This document shows positions 11,629 to 21,099 of a DNA stretch of 64,000 bases, piece by piece. Each line of letters begins with the position of its first letter. The first letter of the stretch is position 1. The notes below the pieces were generated by a model that saw only the letters and a program-made list of their open reading frames with translations, was not told the origin of the DNA and ran no database searches. The position numbers and the translations under genes were made by a program. Source of the DNA: Spirochaetia bacterium (GTDB lineage Bacteria; Spirochaetota; Spirochaetia; CADAEX01); assembly GCA_017642445.1 (NCBI GenBank), contig JAGCPA010000092.1, positions 1,655 through 65,654 of the forward strand, in the 5' to 3' direction.

Positions 11629-11653
11629 GTCACCTTGAACTCGTTTCAGGGGC
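11629..11653. repeat. REP-like small palindrome
   Basis: GTCACCTTGAACTCGTTTCAGGGGC, an imperfect hairpin just after metK, resembling GTCA-CCTGAAC-TGTTTCAGG-type extragenic palindromes. Confidence 0.5.
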
Positions 11654-11659
11654 TACAAT

Positions 11660-11690
11660 AAAAAAGCTGGATTTTTTAATCCAGCTTTTT
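11660..11690. terminator. Bidirectional terminator between metK and the kinase gene
   Basis: AAAAAAGCTGGATT-TTTT-AATCCAGCTTTTT; overlaps the kinase stop codon. Confidence 0.85.
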
Positions 11691-12665
11691 CTTTAATTCT
11701 TCGATTTCAGCTTTATTAAACTGGCCACCGAACTTTGCAATTATTGCTGATGCGGCGATTGAAGCGTAACTTCCAGCCTCTTCCAGAGATTTCTTTCGGT
11801 CAATACCATAGAGGAAGCCGGCTGCAAAGGTATCGCCTGCACCAGTAGTATCCACACACGTTGTGAAGCCTTTTACCGGGACAGGAATAGTCTCTTCTCC
11901 AGGTGCCTTAATCAAAGCCCCTTTATCACCAAGCTTTACAATTGCGGTGCAGCCCAGTTCAGAGAGCAGTTTTACGCATTCTTCAGGATTGTCGTTATCA
12001 AAGAGAGTGGAAGCCTCTTTTTTGTTGGCAAATACATAGTCGCAGTGCTGCTGGATAATGGTTAAATAATCATCCCGGTAACGCTGGATACTCAATTTGT
12101 CAGCCACATCAAAAGCAACCTTTATGTCGTTAAGTTTGCAAATATCCAGAGCTTTCATAACAGCCTGCTTCTGGTTCTCGGTATCCCACATATAGCCGGT
12201 AAAATAGAGCATCGAAGATTCTTTCAGCTCGTTTTCGTCAATATCCTCAGGAGAGAAGTTTTTGCAGATGCCTAAGTTTGTATTCATAGAACGCTCATAG
12301 TCTGGGGTAATCAGTACAATACTGGAGCCTGTGTCACCGTCTTCCCTTACAATGGCAGAGGTTAGGTTCTTCCGCTCAGAAAGCCTGTCTATATAAATCT
12401 GGCCAAAGGAATCGTTTCCTGCCCGGCCGCAGAGCACCGCTTTAGGCCCAAGTCCCGAGAGTGTGATCATGGTGTTTGCAGCAGAGCCACCGCAGTAATA
12501 CTTAGTTTTATATCCCTTAAGATAATCTAGGATAGCCTGTCCCTCTTTGTGGTCTATGATCTTCATTGTCCCCTTGTGGATATTCAAGGCTTTAAGATCT
12601 CTGTCTTCTACGCTTATAAGAATGTCTGTAAGGATGTTCCCCATGCTGAAAAAATCGTACTTCAT
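11676..12665 (-). CDS. PfkB-family kinase, adenosine kinase-like
   Basis: GGSAANT, FANKKEA, VDTTGAGDTFAAGF; ATG at 12665 chosen over the longer ORF start. Confidence 0.85.
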   Translation of the reverse strand: MKYDFFSMGNILTDILISVEDRDLKALNIHKGTMKIIDHKEGQAILDYLKGYKTKYYCGGSAANTMITLSGLGPKAVLCGRAGNDSFGQIYIDRLSERKNLTSAIVREDGDTGSSIVLITPDYERSMNTNLGICKNFSPEDIDENELKESSMLYFTGYMWDTENQKQAVMKALDICKLNDIKVAFDVADKLSIQRYRDDYLTIIQQHCDYVFANKKEASTLFDNDNPEECVKLLSELGCTAIVKLGDKGALIKAPGEETIPVPVKGFTTCVDTTGAGDTFAAGFLYGIDRKKSLEEAGSYASIAASAIIAKFGGQFNKAEIEELKKKLD

Positions 12666-12711
12666 AGATGATAGTGTATAGCTAAAAAGAGGAAAAAACA
12701 AGGTATAAATA

Positions 12712-12750
12712 CTCTTTTTGCTATATTGCAAAGCAATATAGCAAAAAGAG
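12712..12750. repeat. Perfect 18-bp inverted repeat with 3-nt loop at the island left boundary
   Basis: CTCTTTTTGCTATATTGC-AAA-GCAATATAGCAAAAAGAG. Confidence 0.9.
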
Positions 12751-12757
12751 AAATAAC

Positions 12758-12849
12758 CGCAAATCTCTTAAATAAAAGTGCACAAATTACTTAAATAAAA
12801 TGCCACAAATCTCTTAAACAAGATTGCGCAAATCTCTTAAATAATATAT
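12758..12849 (+). repeat. Four tandem 23-bp direct repeats (core CRCAAATCTCTTAAA)
   Basis: Units start at 12758, 12781, 12804 and 12827. Confidence 0.9.
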
Positions 12850-12852
12850 AAT
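12824..12852 (+). promoter_or_regulatory. sigma70-like promoter inside the repeats, leaderless
   Basis: TTGCGC-17 nt-TATAAT, 6 nt before ATG 12859. Confidence 0.65.
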
Positions 12853-12858
12853 GACTAT

Positions 12859-14139
12859 ATGAAATACAAGAAACGAATTATCGACGAGATTCTTTCCTTA
12901 AAAATGGAAGCCTTTGGTGCCGTTTGGATTCAGGGACCAAAAGGTTGCGGTAAAACAACTTCAGGGAAACAAAAAGCCAAAACAATAGTCGAATTTCAGG
13001 ACGAGGAAAAAAGAGATAACTTATTAAAAATTGCATCCATAGCACCCAGCAAGTTGCTTGTAGGGGAAAAACCCATTCTTTTTGATGAATGGCAGGATGC
13101 TCCTAAACTGTTTGGAATTATAAGAAAGGATGTGGATGATTCAGGGAAAAAAGGGCAGTATATTCTTACTGGATCAACATCAAATATTGCTCAAACACCC
13201 CACACGGGAACGCTTAGGATTAGCCGCCTGCAGATGTATCCTATGAGTCTATATGAAACAAAAGAATCAAATGGAACAGTTTCGTTGCTTGATTTATTCA
13301 ACAATCCAGGTTCTTTTGATAGTTGTAAATCAGACATGTCTTTGGATGATGTTATTTTTGCTATTTGCAGAGGAGGGTGGCCCAGTGTTTTAGGAATAAA
13401 AGCTAAAAAGGGTCAGCTTGAAATAGCAAAAGATTTATACAAACAAACATATTCCGTTGATATCTCAAAAATTGACAACGTAAAAAGAAATCCACTTTTG
13501 GCACAGACTATTTTGCGTTCATATAGCAGAAATATCTGCACTCTGGCCGAGATGAAGACTATAGTTGCCGATATAACAGCAAACTATGATGTAACAGAAC
13601 CCACTATATATGATTATATCAATGCACTTGAAAAGCTTTATATAATTGATGATATTGATGCTTGGTCGCCGGCAATTCGTTCAAAAACAGCAATTCGTTC
13701 ATCAAAAAAGAAAAACTTTATTGATCCTTCTATTGCCGTTGCGGCACTTGGTATTGCCCCAGATTATTTTAACAAAGACTTCAAGACATTAGGGTTCTTG
13801 TTCGAATCCCTTTGTATAAGAGATTTGAAAGTCTACAGTTCCCTCTATGATGGAAAGTTTTCATACTATCATGACCGATATGGTCTTGAAGCGGATGGGG
13901 TCCTGCATTTAAGCGATGGCCGTTATGCCTTGATTGAATTTAAATTGGGCGAAACAGAAATTGATGAGGGCGCAGCACACCTTTGCGAGATAGAAAAACT
14001 GATAAAGGAATATAATAAATCTGAAAAGCAATGCCCGCTCAGACTACCTGATTTAAAGATGGTAATTACTGCCACCCAGTTTGGCTATGCCCGCGAAGAT
14101 GGGGTTCTTGTAGTACCGATAGGGTGTTTAAAAAACTAA
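12859..14139 (+). CDS. AAA_14 ATPase with DUF4143 / PD-(D/E)xK-like C-terminus
   Basis: Walker A GPKGCGKTT, Walker B LFDEWQ, LTGS, GGWP, GFLFES, C-terminal EADGV...LIEFK. Confidence 0.88.
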   Translation: MKYKKRIIDEILSLKMEAFGAVWIQGPKGCGKTTSGKQKAKTIVEFQDEEKRDNLLKIASIAPSKLLVGEKPILFDEWQDAPKLFGIIRKDVDDSGKKGQYILTGSTSNIAQTPHTGTLRISRLQMYPMSLYETKESNGTVSLLDLFNNPGSFDSCKSDMSLDDVIFAICRGGWPSVLGIKAKKGQLEIAKDLYKQTYSVDISKIDNVKRNPLLAQTILRSYSRNICTLAEMKTIVADITANYDVTEPTIYDYINALEKLYIIDDIDAWSPAIRSKTAIRSSKKKNFIDPSIAVAALGIAPDYFNKDFKTLGFLFESLCIRDLKVYSSLYDGKFSYYHDRYGLEADGVLHLSDGRYALIEFKLGETEIDEGAAHLCEIEKLIKEYNKSEKQCPLRLPDLKMVITATQFGYAREDGVLVVPIGCLKN

Positions 14140-14180
14140 AACATTTATTATGCCAGTGCGGTTTAAAGAAGGAAAACAAA

Positions 14181-16466
14181 TTGAAAAAAGAAATACTATC
14201 TGACGAACCAATCAATAAACCAGAAGAAGATATATTGGGTCGTGAAAGTTTCGCTAAAAACCTAGCAGACTCTTTAATATCATGGAAAGAAGAGAAATCA
14301 TTAATCATAGGTCTTTTGGGCAAATGGGGCTCTGGAAAAACATCGGTTATAAATCTAACAGAATACTTTTTAAAAGATATATTACGAAGCCAGACAAAAG
14401 AAAAGAATAAACCAATAGTAATAAAATTTAACCCATGGGGATATTCCCAGACAGAAGATCTACTTATTTCTTTTATTAATCAACTATACTCATCAATAAA
14501 AGATAATAAAAAGATAAGAAAACTAACAAAAGTAATTAAGAAATATATAAATTTTTTTAAGGAAATTAAACCGCAAAAAACGATTAATACGGTATTAACG
14601 ATAACAGCTCTTGTTTTTACAATACTTGGAATAAGCCTTTCTCATATTTTCCAGCAATCACCAGAAATGGTAAACAGTTTAACAAAACGAACTATTATAT
14701 CTTTAGCAATATATGCAGTTGTCTATTTTTCATGGAGATGTTTAGCTTGTATTTTAACAAGGCAAGATAAATTGCCTATATCTGAAATAAAAGAAGAAAT
14801 AAGTAACATTATTATAAAAAACAAAATTAGAATGATAATTATCATCGATGATATAGATCGATTAACCTCAGTTGAAATAAAACAATTATTTAGAATTATA
14901 AGAATTAATGCAGATTTTCCTAATACTATATATTTGCTTTCTTTTGATAGAAATATAGCTGAAAAGAGTTTAACAGTACAAGATACAATTAGTGGGCATG
15001 ATTACTTGGAAAAAATAATAAATATTGAATATGATTTACCAGGGATATCACAATTTAAGCTTGAGAAATATTTCAAAAACAACCTTGAAAAATTAATTTC
15101 TGCTTTACCTGATAATACAGCGAATATTTTTGAAACAGATAATAAAAAATGGTCTCAAATTCATTCTATAATAATCTCAGAATTATCAAGCATAAGAAAT
15201 ATAAAACGCTATTTTAACTCAATTTCTTTTAAAATAAACCAATTTATTAAAGAAAATGTTTTAGAAATAAATCTAGTTGATTTTTTAGGAATAGAACTTA
15301 TTAGATTAAAGTATCCAGATTGCTATTCTTTTATTCGAGACAATAAGCAATGGTTCATATCTGATAAAATGTTGAAAGATGAACCAGGCGCAAAAGAAAA
15401 AGGAACTTATGCAAAATGGTATAAAGACAATGTTCAAAAATTTGGTTCCACTACAAACGAAAAGAATAATATCAATATAATTATAACAGAAATATTTCCA
15501 ATTACCTTTTTTGGTTCAAAAAACATTCAAATTAATTCTCTTTTTAATAAATCTGAAATTGACGCAACCAACTCAATTGCCTCTGAAAGATTTTTTGATA
15601 TATATTTTGACCATATTTCAAGCATTTCAGATGAAGAATGCTCAAATTATGATGCTCAACGAATAAAAGCAGTTTCAAATGATTATGATGCTTTAAAAAC
15701 ACTTTTAAGAGAGTATATTAACAATAATAAAATCCATAGCCTGCTTGATTTGCTGGAAAAACATTCTATTGAAGGAGATTTAATCCCCAAGGATAATTAT
15801 TTATCTTATTTTGCCGCCTTATTTGATATAATTAATGAGATTCCCGATGGACATGAAAGATTGCAATTTGGAAATGATACTATTATCCATAGAATAGTTT
15901 ATTTTTTAATAAGGTTTAATGATAAATATGAAAACGCAGATTTGTTTGAAAAGCTTATAGAAAATACAGAAGATCCGTTCATGTGTTGTGATTTTATTGA
16001 AAATGAAATTAACAACTATAAAGAGCAAAAAGAAGAGCTGGTTGCTCGCAACCGGATTCCTTATTTGCAGCAAAAAATGGTTAAAAAAATATATGAATAT
16101 AGGGATAAACTATTAGATTCCAAATATTTTATTCGTATGCTTTACTTCTGGAGAAAAAATGATTTCGCTAGCTATCAAAGATATATATATGATCTTGCAA
16201 GTGATATAAATAAGCTTTTACGAGCAATCGAAAGAACCTTTTATTTAAGTTATTCTAAATCTAACGATGGTACAGAAAAAGCAAAAAAAGAAATCCGTTA
16301 TGATGATGTAAAGCTACTTGGGGACTTAGAAAACATACGGAATAGACTTCATCTTATTCGCTTTGGCAACGGAGAACTCTACAGAACTAATAAAGAAATA
16401 ATAAATCTATTTTTGGATAATTATGAAAAAGATGGTGTTGCTAAAAAAATATTAATTAAAAAATAG
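14181..16466 (+). CDS. KAP-family P-loop NTPase with two transmembrane helices
   Basis: DEPI..DILGR, GKWGSGKTS, FNPW, TM hairpin insert, IIDDIDRL, DYLEKII; TTG start after SD GAAGGA. Confidence 0.88.
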   Translation: MKKEILSDEPINKPEEDILGRESFAKNLADSLISWKEEKSLIIGLLGKWGSGKTSVINLTEYFLKDILRSQTKEKNKPIVIKFNPWGYSQTEDLLISFINQLYSSIKDNKKIRKLTKVIKKYINFFKEIKPQKTINTVLTITALVFTILGISLSHIFQQSPEMVNSLTKRTIISLAIYAVVYFSWRCLACILTRQDKLPISEIKEEISNIIIKNKIRMIIIIDDIDRLTSVEIKQLFRIIRINADFPNTIYLLSFDRNIAEKSLTVQDTISGHDYLEKIINIEYDLPGISQFKLEKYFKNNLEKLISALPDNTANIFETDNKKWSQIHSIIISELSSIRNIKRYFNSISFKINQFIKENVLEINLVDFLGIELIRLKYPDCYSFIRDNKQWFISDKMLKDEPGAKEKGTYAKWYKDNVQKFGSTTNEKNNINIIITEIFPITFFGSKNIQINSLFNKSEIDATNSIASERFFDIYFDHISSISDEECSNYDAQRIKAVSNDYDALKTLLREYINNNKIHSLLDLLEKHSIEGDLIPKDNYLSYFAALFDIINEIPDGHERLQFGNDTIIHRIVYFLIRFNDKYENADLFEKLIENTEDPFMCCDFIENEINNYKEQKEELVARNRIPYLQQKMVKKIYEYRDKLLDSKYFIRMLYFWRKNDFASYQRYIYDLASDINKLLRAIERTFYLSYSKSNDGTEKAKKEIRYDDVKLLGDLENIRNRLHLIRFGNGELYRTNKEIINLFLDNYEKDGVAKKILIKK

Positions 16467-16499
16467 TTTTCATGTTATACTATCCATAGGAGTATACAT

Positions 16500-17843
16500 T
16501 TGTTTTCGCCAGGAACTATAATAGCAGGAAGATGGTCTAACCCTTACCTGAAAGATAAGAATTATTTTGGCAATCTTTTTATCTACGAAGAGAAGGCTGT
16601 TTTAAAAATTTATTTCTCCCAAGACCAACTTAAAGCCCAAGAATATAGAGAATTAATTGAACTTTTCAAAGATAACAAAAGTTCTATTTTTTATGGATAT
16701 CACGAGGCATTGCCTCATATATATGGTTATACCCTTGTTGACAATCATATTAAAGAGTCGGTAGCAAATGATGTTTATGTGTTTTATTATGGCGAATTGT
16801 GCATAGAAACAAGGGCCATATATGAAGGAATTATTCTAGAAAAATATGATGAAAAGATAATTGCAAAAGCCGTCTTAAAAACAAGTTATGCAAACAAGTG
16901 GATACCTTCATATGATATTAAAATGAATTCAAAAAAAGGGCGTTTACCAGAACAAATATCTTATTCATTAAAGCAAAAAACCTATCATATTTTTTCGACC
17001 AAAACACTAGATATTGACTTTATTTCTGGGCTTAATGTTAGAAAGGAATTCAATGTTGGTCAAAAAATAGTGCTACAAAACGAAGTCAGGATTGAGATAT
17101 CGGCGAAAACAAAAATAAACCTTGAAACAGTCATGAGATATATTACATATATCAATTCGTTCATTATGCTGTGCTCGGGAAATAATTCAGATATAACAGA
17201 TGTTGAATTATATTATGATTATAATCAAAAATTTCCTAATAAATGCTGGTTTAAAACCACAAAGGGCAGAGAAACTAAATATGATAATATAATTGACTTT
17301 AACACAATCACCCAATGGGATGTTGTATTTTCTCGATGGAATAACCTATGTCTAAAAAGAATTGAAATATTGAATATGCTTTTTTATATTCTTAGATTTC
17401 CAGAAAAGTTTATTCCAGAAATGAAAACTGAAAATCTAGTTCATATTTTCGAAGGATTGATGCGTTATAAATATGGCAAAATAGTTTCCGTTCAAGGTAA
17501 AAATTTAAAATTATTTAACCCTAATAAGAATTATACTCAAGAAATAATTTCAAGTGGCAATCTACTAGGCAAGTTCATTTTCTTTTTCTTGGAGAATAAG
17601 AGGCAGTTTTTTCATGAAGATTTTAAAAGGTTTGCATTAAGTGATACAGAAGCAACCTATGTTTCTTTTATACAAAACTGTATAACATTACGAGATTATT
17701 TTAGCCATGGTGGATTTGACGAGAGAATAAAAACAATTAACCCTATTCTGCTTAATGCATTTTTGCTGAAAGCAGTTAGAATTCTTTTGATTCATGATAT
17801 TTTGGGGATTTCTGATGCGGAAATACCGCTTGAGAGGATATAA
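16500..17843 (+). CDS. ApeA-like HEPN ribonuclease (putative anti-phage)
   Basis: N-terminal GRW..P....GNL pattern typical of the ApeA N-domain; C-terminal HEPN RxxxxH (RDYFSH); own TG-n-TATACT and SD AGGAG. Confidence 0.72.
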   Translation: MFSPGTIIAGRWSNPYLKDKNYFGNLFIYEEKAVLKIYFSQDQLKAQEYRELIELFKDNKSSIFYGYHEALPHIYGYTLVDNHIKESVANDVYVFYYGELCIETRAIYEGIILEKYDEKIIAKAVLKTSYANKWIPSYDIKMNSKKGRLPEQISYSLKQKTYHIFSTKTLDIDFISGLNVRKEFNVGQKIVLQNEVRIEISAKTKINLETVMRYITYINSFIMLCSGNNSDITDVELYYDYNQKFPNKCWFKTTKGRETKYDNIIDFNTITQWDVVFSRWNNLCLKRIEILNMLFYILRFPEKFIPEMKTENLVHIFEGLMRYKYGKIVSVQGKNLKLFNPNKNYTQEIISSGNLLGKFIFFFLENKRQFFHEDFKRFALSDTEATYVSFIQNCITLRDYFSHGGFDERIKTINPILLNAFLLKAVRILLIHDILGISDAEIPLERI

Positions 17844-17879
17844 ATGGTTTATTTGAAATAATAAAGGTATTATAAATAT

Positions 17880-19484
17880 ATGTTTGATATAGAAAATGCA
17901 ATAAAAGAAGCAAAACAAGAATATGCTAATAAAGATTTTGAATTGCTTTTAAAAGAAGGAAATATAGCCTTTTATAAAGGCTGTGAAGTGTCCCATATAT
18001 TTATATTTGATAAAGAAGAAAAAAAAGCTATAAATTATTTTACACTTTTTTCTTTTGACGAATTATCTTCTGTTGATAAAACCCCTAATTATTTATCAAA
18101 ACAACTTGATATAAACGATAGATATTTTTGTGGCATACAAAGAAAACGAATAAGCATAGAAAATGCTCAAAATTGTTTTATTAATATTCAAAAAGGAATC
18201 CTTAATTTTGACGAAGAATGTCTAACTGGTAGAAATTTATATTTGCTACCCAAGGCGTTTGTTCCTTGTGAATCAAATGAAAAAGCACTTCTAAATTCTA
18301 TTCTTAAACCAAATTACTGGGGTGATAATTATATCATTGAGTTTTTTGATGAAAAGAAAGAATTATTGACTGAAATTTTAAATATAAAGAATGTATCTGA
18401 AAAAATCTATGATTATATTAGAAAAACTCAAAGAATAAAAATGGATTTTTCAAAAATCTATGAGAGAATTGGTAATATTATCTTTCAGTTTCCAATAACA
18501 ATATGTAAAACGGGTATTTATTCAGAAAAGAACAGCAATGATATTCGTTTAAAGCTAGAATATCATCCAAGACAAAAAGCAGGTAAAAATATACATATAA
18601 TTATAACAGCATCTTTTGATGATACAATAACAGCTGCTGATTATTATGATTCATGCGATTTAAAAATTGATCATATCTTCCATTTAGGAGACGATTATAA
18701 TCTTACAACTACTATACTAGATAAAGATAATAATCTTTTTCTGCATAAATCAACAGTTAATTTTATAAAAAAAATAAGTATTTCGTCATCTTTGGGAATA
18801 ACCTATTCAGAACCGAGACTTTTAAAAACAGAAACGGGGCACAAAGAAATAGATTTAGTCCATCGTACATCTTTTGGAATAAACATTCAAAGAAAGGATT
18901 ATACAGATTATATTAATCAGCGGGTACGAAACAATGAAATAATAAGAAAAAGTAGTGATTTGGGAGTGTTTAAAAAGAAACAAAGACAAGAAGCTTTGAA
19001 ATTTATTCAAAATAGAATAAAAAACATTTCTTCAGATTTTATTGCTATATATCTATGGGATCCATATCTTTTACCAGCCGATATAATTAATACTTTATAT
19101 TATGAAAATTCAGGATTAATTTTTCAGTGCATTACAGATTACCAAAAAACAAGAAAAAAGTTAAAGGCTAATTGTTTTAGTGATTATATTCAAAAAGTTA
19201 AAGAAGAATTTTCAAGCTTGTCAAACAATCAAGGTGTACATTTAAAACTGGTGGCCAGATATGGTGGGCATGGCTGGGGGTTTCATGACAGATTTCTAAT
19301 ATTTGTTCCGAGAGATTCCTTTACTTTGCCAGAAGTTTATTCACTTGGAATTTCTGTAAATCAACTTGGAAAAAGCCACCATATTATTCAAAAAGTTCCT
19401 AATCCTCGTGTTATTTTAGATGACTTTGAGAAATTATGGAAAGAACTTGATAATTCAGATTGTTGCGTTATCCATATGCCATAA
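17880..19484 (+). CDS. VPA1262-like protein with C-terminal PLD-like (HDR) nuclease-type domain
   Basis: YLWDPY and FHDRFLIF....YSLGISVNQLGKSHHI motifs. Confidence 0.65.
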   Translation: MFDIENAIKEAKQEYANKDFELLLKEGNIAFYKGCEVSHIFIFDKEEKKAINYFTLFSFDELSSVDKTPNYLSKQLDINDRYFCGIQRKRISIENAQNCFINIQKGILNFDEECLTGRNLYLLPKAFVPCESNEKALLNSILKPNYWGDNYIIEFFDEKKELLTEILNIKNVSEKIYDYIRKTQRIKMDFSKIYERIGNIIFQFPITICKTGIYSEKNSNDIRLKLEYHPRQKAGKNIHIIITASFDDTITAADYYDSCDLKIDHIFHLGDDYNLTTTILDKDNNLFLHKSTVNFIKKISISSSLGITYSEPRLLKTETGHKEIDLVHRTSFGINIQRKDYTDYINQRVRNNEIIRKSSDLGVFKKKQRQEALKFIQNRIKNISSDFIAIYLWDPYLLPADIINTLYYENSGLIFQCITDYQKTRKKLKANCFSDYIQKVKEEFSSLSNNQGVHLKLVARYGGHGWGFHDRFLIFVPRDSFTLPEVYSLGISVNQLGKSHHIIQKVPNPRVILDDFEKLWKELDNSDCCVIHMP

Positions 19485-19497
19485 AAAAGAGTTGAAT

Positions 19498-20985
19498 ATG
19501 AAAATTGAATATTTATTAAACGATATAAAAAATGGTAATGAAAGTGCAGAACTGTTTGAAGCATTTAAACAAATATTAGAGAATCCAACAAAAGAAATTA
19601 ATATCGATTTTTTTAAACAAATCAATGCTATTATTTTTAATTATACAAAGATAAATAAAAATGAATTTTTACAAATTAATTTGCCAGAAGAAAAAATAAA
19701 AAAAATAAAAGAATGTCTCATTCTTTCTCGAAAACTATATACTGAAAGTGTCAATGAATTAAGCGAAAAAAAATTAATAATATCATTACTTCTTCTTAGG
19801 TTTTATGAGCAGAGTTTTTTGCTTTTATCGGATATTAAAGTTTCTAAAAACTTTTTAGATAAAATTATTGAAATGCTAAAAAATGTTTCTATAACTTTCA
19901 ATATAAAAGATGATGCACGCTATGGAGAAAAAAAGTGGTTAGATGCTATTAACGAGGCAAAGACTTTAAATGATTATTCTAAAATGTTAAAGATGATGGA
20001 TGAATTAAACAATAGTCCTTTTTTGTTCGAGGGAATTGAATCTTCCTGGACAATTATTTTTCAATGGATTTGGTTTATAAGGCATGAAATAATTATTGAG
20101 TTGATAACCACAATGTCGCCAGAAACAGTAGAAGTTGTATTTTATAGTTTAAAAGATGAAATACATAACATAGTTATTCATCTTCCGCAAAACAACCCCC
20201 AAAAAGCCTATCCTGTTTTAAGAGGGTTTATGCTCTTATTCCATTGTCTTGAAGAAAAAACCCGAGGAGAAAACGCCATTACTTTACAAGAATTACCAGA
20301 TTGTACGGATTGGATTATTGAAATGTTTCATAACAAAATAATTAATATCCCGGAATATATACCGGCAATGAGAATTGCGCATTTAAAATCGTTTAATTAT
20401 TATTTAGGGAAGGCTATTGCAAAGGATATATCACTATTTAATAAATTTCTATCGGCAATTGATTTGGATGCTGAAGTAAGCGTTGTTTTTTCAGAAAGCT
20501 TTTTAGACAATGTGAACCAGAATCGTAAAATATTATTTGTGGGTAATAAAATTATATATAAATATTTTAGTGAAAAAATAAATACATATGATTTTACTAA
20601 TAAAAACATTGGATGCTTAGGCATAATAATACAATATTTTTATTTAAAATATAAAACAAAAGAAAAATACATTAAAAAACTTAATAAAACATCTTCAATG
20701 ATAATTAAAATTCAAAGCAGTTGGGATTTTACAAACATCAAAAAATTCTGGATTTATTTATTTTATTTAGCAATGGCTAATAATTATTTAGAATATCATT
20801 TTACAGAAAAACAATTAAAGGAAATAATTCCGATTGTATTTGACGAGAGAGAAAGAATAAACCAAGGATATTATTGCATAGATACTATAATAGCATTATT
20901 AACTTCATTTGTTGAAAAAATTAAATTAAAGAAGATTAATAATGATGTTGTTGAATTTTCAAAAAAATCGGATAAAAACGAGTAA
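19498..20985 (+). CDS. Hypothetical protein, probable partner of the preceding gene
   Basis: 495-aa ORF 13 bp downstream of the PLD-like gene; no recognised motif. Confidence 0.7.
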   Translation: MKIEYLLNDIKNGNESAELFEAFKQILENPTKEINIDFFKQINAIIFNYTKINKNEFLQINLPEEKIKKIKECLILSRKLYTESVNELSEKKLIISLLLLRFYEQSFLLLSDIKVSKNFLDKIIEMLKNVSITFNIKDDARYGEKKWLDAINEAKTLNDYSKMLKMMDELNNSPFLFEGIESSWTIIFQWIWFIRHEIIIELITTMSPETVEVVFYSLKDEIHNIVIHLPQNNPQKAYPVLRGFMLLFHCLEEKTRGENAITLQELPDCTDWIIEMFHNKIINIPEYIPAMRIAHLKSFNYYLGKAIAKDISLFNKFLSAIDLDAEVSVVFSESFLDNVNQNRKILFVGNKIIYKYFSEKINTYDFTNKNIGCLGIIIQYFYLKYKTKEKYIKKLNKTSSMIIKIQSSWDFTNIKKFWIYLFYLAMANNYLEYHFTEKQLKEIIPIVFDERERINQGYYCIDTIIALLTSFVEKIKLKKINNDVVEFSKKSDKNE

Positions 20986-21099
20986 CGTCTTCAATCATAT
21001 TTCATATTAAGAAAATATAATAGATATTTGTATGCAACAAACACCAGATACATGTTATAATTTTCTGAAAAATAAAAAGAATTGTGGAGAACTATTTAA

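Noticed and set aside
12758-12849. Possible mini-CRISPR array
   Set aside because: Period is only 23 bp, the variable part is about 8 bp and there are no cas genes; kept as tandem operator-like repeats
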